Below are positions 23,100-35,709 of a stretch of 64,000 bases of DNA, piece by piece (position 1 is the stretch's first letter; each line of letters begins with the position of its first letter). The stretch covers positions 110,672,001 through 110,736,000 of the forward strand of contig CM059431.1 of assembly GCA_030390025.1 (NCBI GenBank). The letters are read 5' to 3'. Source of the stretch: Squalus acanthias. Lineage: Eukaryota. A program made the position numbers and the translations under genes. The notes beneath the pieces were generated by a model. The model was not told the origin of the DNA and made no database searches. It was given only the letters and a program-made list of their open reading frames with translations.

Positions 23100-23425
23100 C
23101 CGCCATCTCTCTGCGCTCCTCCAATTCTGCCCTCTTGAGCATCCCTGATTATAATCGCTCCACCATTGGTGGCCGTGCCTTCTGTTGCTTAGGCCCTAAG
23201 CTCTGGAATTCCCTGCCTAAACCTCTCCGCCTCGCTACCTCCCTTTCCTCCTTTAAGACGCTCCTTAAAAGCCTACCTCTTTGACCAAGCTTTTGGTCAC
23301 CTGCCCCAATTTCTCCTTATGTGGCTCGGTGTCAAATTTTTTGTCTTAGAACACTCCTGTGCAGCACCTTGGGACGTTTTACTACGTTAAAGGCGCTATA
23401 TAAATCAAGTTGTTGTTGTTGTTGT
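23100..23425 (+). mobile_element. L2-clade LINE 3' fragment
   Basis: LRSSNSALLSIP..RSTIGGRAFCCLGPKLWNSLP; (GTT)n tail. Confidence 0.8.
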
Positions 23426-23459
23426 CTATCTTCCACCCTGTATACCTTTTTTTTCCTCT

Positions 23460-23575
23460 ATCTTCCCACATTACAACAGTGACTCCACTTCAAAAAATAC
23501 TTCATTGGCTGTAAAGCGCTTTGAGACGTCCGGTGGTCATGAAAGGCACTATATAAATGCAAGTCTTTCTTTCTA
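23460..23575 (+). mobile_element. SacSINE1-like 3' fragment
   Basis: cattacaacagtgact...tatataaatgcaagtctttct. Confidence 0.7.
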
Positions 23576-23677
23576 TCTCTATCTGTGTGGGTTTCACAGG
23601 CTTTCATTGTAGTCTCAGTATCTCTCAGTCCCTAACTCTTTTGGTAAGCCTCTCTGTGCCCCACACTCTTCGTCTAA

Positions 23678-24460
23678 GGACCAGTACAATAGCAACACAG
23701 AGATGGTGAGTTCAAATCCCACCAAGTTAATTTGTAGGCAGGAACTTAGGAACAGGAGAAGGCTATTCAGTCCCTCAAGCTTGTTCCACCGTTCAATTAG
23801 ATTATGGCTGATCTGTATCTTAACTCCATTTACCCTCCTTGGCACTGTAACCGTCGGATGAGGCCCCATCTGCACGCTCATGTGGACGTTAAAAATTCCA
23901 TGGCACTATTTGAAGAAGAGTAGGGGAGTTATCCCTGGTGTCCTGGTGAATATTTATCCCTCAATCAACATCACTAAAAAGCAGATGATCTGGTCATTAT
24001 CACATTGCTGTTTGTGGGAGCTTGCTGTGCGCAAATTGGCTGCCGCGTTTCCTGCATTACAACAGTGACTACACTCCAAAAGTACTTCATTGGCTGTAAA
24101 ATCCTTTGGGACGTCCTGAGGTCGTGAAAGGCGCTATATAAATGCAAGTCTTTCTTTCTTTCTTTAACTGAATTCAGTAATATCTGGGCTGATACCAGAA
24201 AAAAAAAACGGCCACGAAAGGTCCATATTGTCATAAAACCCCAACTGGCTCACTAATTTCCTTCAGGGAATGTAACTTGTCATCCGTTTCTGGTCAGACC
24301 TACAATTGACTTCAGTCCCACACTATGTGGTTGACTCTTAATGCCCTTTGAAGTAGCCTAGCAAGTGCCCCAGTTGTAAAATCAATCATTAGCCCACCAC
24401 AAGCTTCTCAGGGCAACTAGGGATGGACAATAAATGCAGCCTTGTATCCTAAGAAGAAAT
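23678..24460 (+). mobile_element. SINE family B copy split by a CR1 tail (minus, about 23740-23850) and a SacSINE1-like fragment (plus, about 23853-24162)
   Basis: Head gagttcaaatcccacc at about 23710; body resumes at about 24163 and ends with gggcaactagggatggacaataaatgc. Confidence 0.65.
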
Positions 24461-24518
24461 TTAAAAAAATCAGAGTGTGCTGCAGCAACTCTTAAAACAT
24501 TCTACGGTACACCCTCCC

Positions 24519-24558
24519 AATATATATATCTATATATATAGATATATATATATATATA
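24519..24558. repeat. Imperfect (TA)n microsatellite
   Basis: atatatatatctatatatatagatatatatatatatata. Confidence 0.85.
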
Positions 24559-25424
24559 TTTGATTTTAAGTACTGTACCTTTAAATTATGTTGGAAAGCA
24601 GTGTGAAACATCTTACACGTAAAATATTTGGAATGCAAGCTATTTTCTTGTTGATATTCTTGCAAATTATGGCAGAGTGTTGTAGTTCCTGACACAAATC
24701 AATATAATTAATTTTCCTTTACGATCAAAAAAGTACCACCAATTCTGGTTTTGAAGAGGGCATTTTGAAGCAAAGTAAGTATTATCTAAATCCATTAACC
24801 CTCAGAATTGTGCTCGACTCCAGCTGCAGTTGACTATTCTGAATAGCCTGCCCACGCCTTTTAAATATAAATGTTATGACTCAAGGCAGAAAAGTGCAGC
24901 TCAAGAAATGAGTGTTTAGTTTTCTAAAGGGACTTTCTTCACTGGGAGAAACTTCAAAATTCAAGAAATGAAAATGAAGTTCACGCAACTGGGCAGAAAG
25001 AAGTCTGTAAAAAAAAAATAGGCCAGTCTTTAGTGATGCCTTTGCACTGTTAAAAAATGATATACTGCTTCCGATATATTGATTTTCAAATCACACACAT
25101 ATAATTTTGTGGGACCAACTACGATCCACATTTGCAAACTAAGGCATGAATTAGATATTTCAAGTAGTTCTTACAGAGAAGCCCACTGAAGTAATGATGA
25201 GTTAAATGTACTCACCAGTTAAATGTCTGCTTTTTCAGAATCCCAATTCTTATGCTATTGAATCAATGGTAAATATTCTGGTTAAAAAGCACATCCAGTT
25301 TAAGTGTAGACTTTCACAGCTTCTGACGGGTTATCCACTCACCTAAGCACACTGATTCTCACATCATCAGCCCATTGCTAATTAAAATATCTGCCACTTG
25401 AAACAAGCGGTCTCACCTAGCTTT

Positions 25425-25787
25425 GCAGCTAGGCCCCTCCCCTCCCTATCTCTGTAACCTCCTCCAGCCCAACAACTCTCTGAGATCTCTGGGCTCCTGA
25501 AATTCTGGCCTCTTTTCCATCCTGATTTTCATCTCTCCACCATTGGCATCCGTGCCTTCAGCTATCTAGACCCCAAGATCTAGAATTCCCTCCCTAAACT
25601 TCTCCATCTCTTTACCTCTCTCTCCTCCTTTAAGACGCTCCTTAAAACCTCCTGTGACCAAGCTTTTGGTCACCTGTTTTAATATCTCCGTATGTGGCTC
25701 GGTGTCAAATTTTGTTTGCTAACACTTCTGCGCAGCACCTTGATGATTTACTACATTAAGGGTGCTATATAAATGCAAGTTGTTGTA
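25425..25787 (+). mobile_element. L2-clade LINE 3' fragment
   Basis: Same ORF2 C-terminus and tail as 23100-23425. Confidence 0.75.
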
Positions 25788-28700
25788 GATGTCTTGCACC
25801 TAATGCCCTGTTAATAGTTTAGCCTAGGTTTCTCATCATAATGCCCATGGTAACCCATTTTAGATGAATGGGCTGCTATCGGCGTTACAATCAGAAAACG
25901 TCAGCCATTATGTCTCCATCTTTAGGATTTTAAAAAATAGATCTTAGCTTTTAGAATGACTTTTTGTGCAAGTATTTGTAGTGCAAAAATCGGCAAGGTT
26001 TATCCGTGAACCGAATATCAAAAATGTGATTGGAGTCTAGAGCTTTAAAGTTTAAAGTATTGGTAACCAGGGTTCCTTACGCTGACTGTATAGCACCCAG
26101 CTGCTGTTTCATTCAACAATGCGTGCTCTGCTCACTGACACATTAAACATTTAAGCTCTAATCTTGCAGAGTTCAAAATGCTGCTGCACAGATAAACTGA
26201 TATCTTTTAACTTTGTCTTGAACACAGAAGTAACTGAGCTGAGTAATTAAAGTGCCTATAAGTGGAGTGCATTCTTGATCAATACACCAGCTGGTTACTC
26301 TGCATTCAACATCAGGGCTCTAGTCCTAGTCAGCAGCTCAGGCTTCCAAGTTCCATGTAGTCTTACAGAGGAAGGCTAATGTATACTTTGCAGAGTTATT
26401 AATCTGCAGACTATGGGTGGACAAACAATTTCAATCATATATTTGATAAAGTTCAAGAATCACTCACGAGTGGTACCCAGCAGGTCAGTTAAATGTTCAC
26501 GATAAGCTAAGAAAATGGTGCAAGTTTGAGCAGGGTTTACTGTTAACCCCTAGGATTTAAAACTTTCTCACAGAATAAGGTTATATATCTGTAATATAGT
26601 AACAATCTTCTGTCTGTACGTATTTCCTGCATACAAAACCTTACTACTTGTCACATTTTTGTATCAACTTTTTCCATCATAAATGACCACATCCACATTT
26701 ATAATGGAAACTGCCCATGTAAACTTATCAGGCTGTAATTACACCCTCCCACCAGTGGTTGTGCTAAAGCAGCTGTTTTGCAACTCTGCCATTGTATCCA
26801 GATTCAGCCCTAATTTCATTACCCATGGAACGTTCCCACAGATATGTAAGCCTCTGACTGGGAGCTTGATCATTTGAAGACTAAGCACTAGATGCCACTG
26901 CAGGATTGAAAGGTGTGCAGCAGCGTAAAAGTGGTCACCTCATCCACAACTGTTTAGCCAGCACATTTCAAATTTTTCTACTTCAAGAATGTCTACGAGT
27001 TCTGCAAGATCTTTCAGCAGGGTAGGGAGCCGCATGATTCATGGATAAAGGTGTAGAAGTGCTTCACCACCAAATTCGGCAGAGGAGGGGGGCCACTGTT
27101 TGGGTCAGAGTGACAGCAGTCCCAGGAAAAACAGCACAGCTCAGTGATGGGATGTAACCAGGACAGTGAGTGCCAATACGACCAACAAACATATGACAAT
27201 TTAGGGCTGGAAAAAGTTTAATGACATTACCAGAGCAGGCAAGGTGAGAAGATGTCAGCCACACTTTCCAAAAATACATTATGCTAAGCATGTCAGCCAT
27301 TTATAATAACCTCCCCTCACCCTGTATTAAAGTGCTTGAATTGCTTACCAACAATGCTCTTTATATCCCCAGTGTTCATTTGGAAATGTTCCTTCACTAA
27401 CAGTCTTGCATGCAATCACCCCACTAAAAGCCTCACTGAGAATCTAATTGCTTGATACAATGCACCTATCATTCCTCCCCCTCATTATGGGCTTCATGCT
27501 GACACCTGGGCTTGACGGCACCTCATGAAACTAAAGGTATTTCTTATTTTTTCAAGCCGAATACAGCCCATGATAGCCAAGAGAGATCAGAAATAGGTGG
27601 TGGGCCTTAAACCTGACACTTTTCAGCCCGATGAGAAAGACGCTTTGCAGATTCTACCGAGTAGGTCGGGAATGGGGTTATCCCTCCCAAGCACCAACCC
27701 AGAGGCATCCACCTCAGGGAAATTAGAGAGTGAGCCAAAAGGGAGTGCACTGGATGACACACAGGGAACAAGGGTGGAATATGAGGTGGAACAGGTTGAT
27801 GGCAAGTGGGGCAGGAGATATCAAGTGTACGTGCATGCATGGCAGCCATATGACACAGCCTCTTGCTGATGGTAGGTCAAGTGGGAGGGTCCATTACCCA
27901 ACTGCACGTATGCTACCCTTGATAGATGGCTTTGCAGATCTGCAGTCCACCTAGGAATGTCTCCAATTCTAGGGGCATCTGCAGTGGTGGTCCTCAAAGC
28001 AGAGATCGTGAGGGTAGTGCATGGATGCTTCAATAGAGGCCTAGTATGCCAGATTTGGTGAGGGCTGTCTCTCCTACCCCCCAATAACTGTGATTTATTT
28101 CATGCAGCTGTGCACAGCTGTTTGGCTTATGTTAATGTCCCCAGTGGCAGCCAGGAATGACCCCATTCCTTGGCCGATTATCACCACAAAATCGTGCAGG
28201 CAATAGTGGTATTTCCAGTGTCAAGAGCCCCGTATCAAACCCAGGAGATGGTTGGGAATGAAGAGCTGAACCACTTGAGTCACAATTTCCACTTCTAAAA
28301 TAGAGCTTTTGAATCTTCACAGAAACCTCAACTGAAACAACACCTTTGAAACTGCCTAAAAACATTTCAATTGTGAAGATTTATGATATGCCTGCATTGT
28401 ACCAGTTCCAGACAAAATAGCCTGGCTGCCATTTGTACATCAAGGGTTCTTGCAAGGAATAAGCTTTTGATACTATTGACTGTTGAATTCTCTGAACAAT
28501 CCTACAGATCAAACCACAACAGTTTCTTTAAACAGTTATATAGAATTTCTGCACAACCATTTTGATGGTACTTCATATAGTGACCTGGAAGGCACTATTC
28601 TGTTTCTAAAGACATTCGACTGTGTGATCGGGTCTATGATTTGTATCCATTCTGCTACACAAATTAACAGGAAATATCCTCTAATTACCTATCTGTATAT

Positions 28701-30109
28701 GAAAAAGAGAAAAAACGCCTCATAATCCATCATAGATTCTGATCGACAGCCTGAAGCTTAACAAGAAGATTTCCATCTGTAAAATATTGGTAAAACCATT
28801 TTATTTGTGATTTCACCAACATCAGGGAGAAAGAAACAAGATGGTCAAAAGTGTCAAAAAGACATGGTCATTGTAAACCTATCCCACTTCAAGGTTCTTG
28901 TGCCTTGCACAGCTATTAAAGAAAGGCAATTTGCTCCTGGTTCAAAACCCTGTATTAGTATTTTGGCTCCATTCACCCACTGCACAATTTGCATGAATAG
29001 GAGTGTTGAGATTTAGGGCCCATGTCAGCCTAGAATTAGGCTGGGCATTTCCTTTCTGCAGCTGAATATTTTCCTTCTGACACACCCAAAGAGATCCTGG
29101 TTTCTTGTAAGGATTGGCTTGAGATCTATGCTAGGTACGTTTTTAGCCTCAATGTTAAAAAAAAAATAGAATAGATTCCAGTTCCTGTTAGGATACTTAA
29201 ACCATCACCGCAATTTTTTGTTCCTTAAATGAATTTTTCAAATCAAATTTGAAAAATGGGAGCAAGGGCCTCTTGCTCTGTGTGCTTTGAGGAGCAACGG
29301 CTGCTAACTGTAAAGAAGAAAGGATTATCCTCTCATTTAAGACCGCAATTCCATATTCACCAATCGCCTCTGTGCTAGTGTGGACATTAAGAACAACAAT
29401 TATTACTCGTGCACAATGGACATGTTATCGGCATCACCATCCTAAGGTTGTCACCTTCTGCAGCTAAAGAATGAACAATCCTATCGTCCAGTGGGCCATC
29501 ATTCCCTCCCTGCTGATGGCAGGACAATTTTGTTTTTAGTTTCTTTTGTACACAGAAACAACATCCTCAGGTGAAAAAATACTCCCTGCTGTTACAACAC
29601 TAGGGGTGGCACCTGACAATGATCTTTTATCAACGGAAACTGTTATAGGCTAACCTTGCTGCTTTAATTATGTGTCTACTAATCAAGGTAAAATATGACA
29701 AGAGTCGAAAAGTATGCAATCTGTTTTAGCTTATGGTGACATCAAGTACTGCTAGGATATGTTACATTGCTGCCTCCTAAATGTTGGCCAACCCACTAAA
29801 TGGAAGAAATGATTGGAAAATTTGGTATTTTACACTTTGCTTGTAATTATACTTGGAGGGTTTGGGGATCACTAATCTAAGCCAAATTGAGCTCACCAGA
29901 AGTTTGCTGGCTTAGGTTGAGCATGGAACGATTACTCACTGTCCATTGTTTCATTTCTTTTAAACACAGAGGAAGACGTTCCCCTTTCCCCTGTCCCACT
30001 CCTAGATATTGTTATGGTTGAGAATGCCAGAACAGTGATGATGTTGCCTATCAGTCAGGGGAGGAGATACGGAGCCAGTGTGTAAGCATTGCATAAGTAC
30101 TTATATTAG

Positions 30110-30512
30110 TTTCCATGCCTCAAATTTCAAGTTCTCACCCTTCTGTTTAAATCCTTTCATGGCCTCGCCCCTCCTTATCTCTGCAACCTCTTCCAGCCCT
30201 ACAATCCTCCGAGAACTCTATATATGTTCCTCCAACTCTGGCCTCTTGCTCATCCTCCACTCCCTTCGCCCCACCGTTGGCTGCCGTGCCTTCAGCCATC
30301 TAGGTCCTACACTCTGGTTTATCTTCCCTAAACTTCTCTGCCTCTCCACCTCCCTCTTGTCCTTTTAAACCCACCTCTTTGACCAAGCTTTTGGTCACTC
30401 CTCCTTATATCTCCTTTGGCACTGCATCCATTTTTATCTGATTATGCTTCTGTGAAGCACCTTGGGACATTTTTCTATGTTAAAAGGTGCTATATAAATG
30501 TTATTGTTGTTT
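30110..30512 (+). mobile_element. L2-clade LINE 3' fragment
   Basis: Same family; RPTVGCRAFSHLGPTLW. Confidence 0.7.
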
Positions 30513-30787
30513 GGGACCAATAGCGTGTCAACGCATCTTAGTGTAGGGGCTCGGGGAAAGAGAGGAAAAAGAACAAAAATATAATACTCCCAGAAATTTT
30601 TTTTTCGCAAAATAAAAATGCCATTTTATTGCCAGTTAAAATTTTCAACGAAAAACCAGTCTCAATTTGAAAAACAAAGAAAAAAACAGTACAATGTCAA
30701 TCTTATTTTAAAGCTGTGTGCTTTCAGTTTGGCCTAAGGCTTTATAAATTAGAGGAGTCCCTGGAATCCTTGCCCTTACCATTTTCT

Positions 30788-30897
30788 AGAAAGAAAGAAA
30801 GACTTGCATTTATATAGCGCCTTTCACGACCACCGGACGTCTCAAAGCGCTTTACAGCCAATGAAGTACTATTTGAAGTGGAGTCACTGTTGTAATC
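30788..30897 (-). mobile_element. SacSINE1-like 3' fragment
   Basis: (GAAA)n then gacttgcatttatatagcgcc on plus strand. Confidence 0.75.
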
Positions 30898-31239
30898 TAA
30901 GAGCACAATCCATTTTTTTCAAAAGCTATAAATTCTGATAAAAAAAATAAAATATACAGCTCACTGGGGTGTTGCACCAAACACATAATGGTGTAGTTTA
31001 GTTGTTTGGAATCGGGATTATAAAATAGCTGTACTGCCACTGCTAAGGCGAGGGAAATAAAATAGATAAAGAAAATAATAGCATAAGTTTAACAGAAAAA
31101 AATATTGCAAATTTGTTCTAGAGGCAGGGCGGTGTTAGAACTGTGCAACCCGTGCCACTGCATGGGACCCTGAGCCAGTCAGGAGCCCCCGATCAGCCCC
31201 AGTGAAAGGACGCCTGTGCAATGCTGATCCCTGATGGTC

Positions 31240-31378
31240 TTACAAAGTATTACAAAGTGTTTACAGCACAGAAACAGGCCATTCGGACCAACTGGTCTAT
31301 GCCGGTGTTTATGCTCCACACGAGCCTCCTCCCACCCCTCTTTCATCTAACCCCATCAAGACGTCCTTCTATTCCTTT
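31240..31378 (-). mobile_element. CR1 subfamily 3' tail
   Basis: tacagcacagaaacaggccattcgg...ctccacacgagcctcctcccaccc, matching 49770-49890 and 54900-55000. Confidence 0.65.
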
Positions 31379-33434
31379 TGCCAACTATTTTTATATTGCC
31401 TATTTCAAACGTGCCCTTTTCATGTGCGGATTCGGCACCGGGATTAAGTCGGTAGTTTCATTAAGTGAGTATCATTGTCCAGTAAAATGTAGGGGCTGCA
31501 ATCCGAACCTTTATACAGAGCCCCCACAAGGCAAACACCACTCCTGTCAAGAGATTGGATATATCAAATGACCAAAGTTGTTGTAATTTTAATTATGATC
31601 TCTTGCTCCTTTAATACTCCCTATCATATTTTCTGTTTCTAGATTTTTTTTATTACACCTTTGAATAAAGAATGCATTATCTTCCCTACCACTGATGTTA
31701 AGCTAACCAGTCTATAGTTCCCTGGACTTGTCCTATCTCCCTTTGTAAATACAGTTGTTGGGGCTAACCTGTTGGGGATAAATTGCTGCCCAAAATAGTT
31801 CATATTAGAAATAATTTTAGAGGGGAAAAAAAAGTCACAAATGCCTTCAAAGAATCTTGCCTTGTGTGCGTAAACACACCAGTCATGAGGGTCCCACTCA
31901 CTTTGGTTTAAAAATGTTTCCTATTTTGATGCATTTCACTCTTTAAAAGTAAACACTGTCCAGTATGTGTGAGCGGCCTCCTTCGCCATCAGCACAGCTC
32001 TCACTCCTCACAGTTCCCTGCTGTGAATAGCTTTGACCTGGGCAGTTGCTCAGAACGGTCATCATTTTCCCTCACAAGATGACAGCGGTCACCCCAGTGT
32101 CCCTGCGTTACCTGGAAACAGAGAACCGCCCCTGAGCAGCACTTGTGCCACTGTCATGGCAGTAAAATGAGACCAGAGAACAGTTAGCGCTCATAAAAAA
32201 GGTCCCAATTCTCTTTCACGCCTGTGCAGTGCAACACGCTACACACGGGAGAGTGAACAAGGCTGCAGATTCTTTTTTGTACAAGGTTAAATCTGAGCAG
32301 CCAAGGGGAAGTTATCAGAAATGGTGATTCATAGTAAATGAACTGTTTCAACAAAAAAAAAAGTGTTTTTTTTTAATGTCAACTTTCAGTCATACCAGGC
32401 TCTCTGTTGAATTTTCCTAGTTATAGAAGCCATTTCCCTTGGTAAAACATCTCTCTCGCTCATTGTACTGCTGCACTGAACATGTCCTTTCAATCTGAGC
32501 TCCACGCTGCACTGCACTGTACTGGGGTAAACACAACGGAATGACTGACGAGAGGGGGTGGAGTCCAGTCGACAGGCCTGCCCAGGGACAGAGAGGGGTG
32601 GGGGAGTCGAGGATCAGCTCAGGCATCAAAACAAAAACGCAGACGTGCATGCCGAATTAAGGAACAGCTGGGACCACGCTTTGGAGAGTGGAGGGGAACA
32701 AATTACGCTCTGAACAACAAGAAATGAAACAATCTGCCTGCACAATTTTGAGCTTCTCTGCCTAATAAATCGTTTTGGTTGTACAGGGTGTTGCTGACAG
32801 CATTTTAGACGAATGCCTTGCAATTGGCCTTTGTCAGCACATATGAACCATAGGTTAGAGATGCATCGTTTTTCAATACTTTCGTGATTAAGGAAAATTG
32901 AATTTTTATTTCTATAATATATAATGTAATCTCCTCCCCTCATTCAGGATTCTATTTACAGCAGTGAAGGTTTTTTTGTGCTTGTGTGTCATAAATTAAC
33001 AAAATGTAGATTTGCCAATGTTAGTTCAACTGCCTTGTGCACAATAAACAAAAGGTTTTATTTGTACATAATGACACGGGAAACCTCACTAAAAAATATC
33101 CAAACAAATAATTTGATGTGGTTTAAAACCGTCTAAAATCAATGTAGTGATTGAAAGCAGGTAGCTATCTTCCTGCTTACACGGCACAATTTGAAAGAGA
33201 AGGTAGCAGGTCGAGGTGGATTTTTTTTTTGTTAAATTTTGAACCAGAGATCTTTTCCTCCACCCCTCCGCCTCCCCTCCCTGGTTGATTAGAAATTGGT
33301 TGCTGTTTAAATTAAAACAGGGAGGAAGAAAACAAGAGTGTAAGAAACAAGAGTTAACTTTAAAACGGGGTGGGCTTTAATCATTGAATGTGGTTTTTCA
33401 AATCTAAGTTTGAAACAAGTTGACCGTTCTTGAA

Positions 33435-33599
33435 CAATAGCAAAATACTGCGGATGCTGGAAATCTGAAATAACAACAGAAAATGCTGGAAACACTCAGC
33501 AGGTCAGGCAGCATCGAGGAGAGAGAAACAGAGTCAACATTTCAAGTCGGGGACCCTTACCGACTCGAAACGTTAACTCTGTTTCTCTCTCCTCGATGC
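33435..33599 (-). mobile_element. Penelope-type short insertion with an inverted (tail-to-tail) duplication
   Basis: TGACCGTTCTTGAA (33421-33434) and TGACTGTTCTTGAA (33600-33613); inverted arms of about 42 bp around 33551-33559. Confidence 0.75.
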
Positions 33600-33937
33600 T
33601 GACTGTTCTTGAAGTCTTGTTGCAAGCTGTGTTTGGGGGAATTTCTTCCAAGTGCCACCTAAATGGGACACCTTTTGCTAATGTGGGTGTGTGCTGCAAG
33701 TTCACCATTACCTATTTACAACTTTCAACTGAAGCGCAGGTCTTTAATATGCAAACACTGACCCTCTAATGGGACTAATGCTGAGCATTTCAAAATGCAG
33801 AGAATCACAACATTTTCCCCTCATCGTCTTTATGACTTAATGAAGCAAATTTTGACTGATTTCCTTCTTCTATTTATTATTTTCTACTACAGTGGGAGCT
33901 CGCTGAGCTTCACGACTATGGCAAAAGTAGACGTTAC

Positions 33938-34166
33938 CTTACAGCTACAATTCTCTTGTTCTTTTCCTGCTTAATAAACATGTTTGATGGTTGAAGCCTG
34001 AGTCGAAGCCTAGCGCAGTGTTTGTTCTTCTGAAAGAATAACCTGAAGATGGGTCTCTGCTCGTTCCTTGGGAAAGTTATGAATTGATCCAGGTACCTAG
34101 GCAAGTGAAGGCTTTCTCTGAACCAACGGGAGCTAACAAGTAGTGTGGAATACAAAGTCAAAAATA
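33938..34166 (-). other. Candidate exon of an unidentified host transcript
   Basis: Polypyrimidine tract plus TAG acceptor; AAG|GTAACG donor; one frame open throughout; ATG at 33981 gives MFIKQEKNKRIVAV; no homology recognised. Confidence 0.25.
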
Positions 34167-34211
34167 TCTAGAGTAAACAAAGAGTAAAGAAACTCAAACA
34201 TGACTTCACTG

Positions 34212-34395
34212 AGGAACATAGCAACAGGAGTAGGTCATTCAGCCCCTCAAGCCTGTTCCGCCATTCAATTAGATCATAGCTGATCTGTATCTCAACTCCA
34301 TTTACCCGCTTTGGTTCCATAGCCCTTAATAGCTTCTCTAACAAAAAAAATCTATCAATCTCAGTTTTGAAATTTTCAATTGACACCTCCCAGCC
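34212..34395 (-). mobile_element. CR1 (HER1-type) 3' tail
   Basis: Minus frame ENFKTEIDRF followed by the 3' UTR. Confidence 0.75.
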
Positions 34396-35709
34396 TTGTA
34401 GGATCGATTCCTCACCCCCCAACAGTAAAAATATTGGACGATGAAATATAAAAACCCAGAACTGCAGAGCCCACAAAAAAGGGCTCGGCAATAAAGAGTT
34501 AATTCAAACATTGCAGCTGAAACTATGAATCTAAAATCTGAACAAGAACATCCACATATTCATGTACCTTAAGGGGTTACATTGTCCACCTTAGATCATG
34601 GTCCCCGAATAACTAGTTTCAGTGCAGGCCTAGACAATGGGCTGGGCCTTGAACCTTTTGAATATGAATGCTAACAGAAACCAACAACTTCGCAATTGCA
34701 GTCACTTTGGGAAGGTTGCATTGTCAGAAAGATATCTCAAATCAATGGACAATACCAGGAACAATTCAGGAGGGGCCAGGAAATACTGCAAGTTGGTTTT
34801 GGTTTAAAGTAAGATCACTTCGAAGACAGTGGTGTGGGAAGCCGACGGCAGAACAACGAACAGAAAGATTCGGGCCTACAATCAACTCCAAGAGACAGCC
34901 AATCAGGAGTGGTGATTGTATGTTTCAGTCAAATCATAGAGGGGGCTTTTATGATTGAGTCTGAGTAAGTTTGTGAGTTTCAGTCAGATCACTAAGGGTT
35001 TTGTGATTGAGTCTGGGTAACTTTATATGTAACAGTCAAATCGCGGACGGGTTTCACTGTGTCATATTGTGTCGATGCAAATGACCCTTGCATAGGGGTT
35101 TGTATTTTGGGCTTGTTAGCCTGATATAAATCGTAAGGATTTATACTGGGAAGGTAATTGTGTGTGTGAGTTCAATAAACGAACAAATCAAAGGTTGAGC
35201 CAAAACCCTGTGCCGAGTGTATTTTGTTCTTATAAACCCTGACGTCCAAGAACTGTGTGTGTAACGGGGACCAGTATCGGAGAAAACCCCTTACACCTCA
35301 ACAGCTTTTTCATTTAGGGGGAGGGGGGGGATGGAGGAGTGTTCCAGATTTCCACTACCCTTTGTGTGAAGAAGTGTCTCCTGACATCACCTCTGAATGG
35401 CCTAGCTCTAAATTTAAGGTTATGGACTCTTCCACTTCCAATGTTCTATGGCATGATGAAGAATTGTGCCCTTTATAAACACAACACTTTACTTTAACAA
35501 ACCTGCTGTTTTAATCAAGACCTTTTCCAAAACATGACTTTATTGACTGAAAACATGAGTGTGAGGGGCAGGGAATTTGCAGCATACTGGGCTGGATAAC
35601 TTCCTCAATCTGATAATCTTACTGTATTTGAGCAGGACAAGAAAATATCGACAGGAGACATTGTCACACAAGGGGCAGGAAATAAAATGTTAACATGAAC
35701 TGAATCAAG

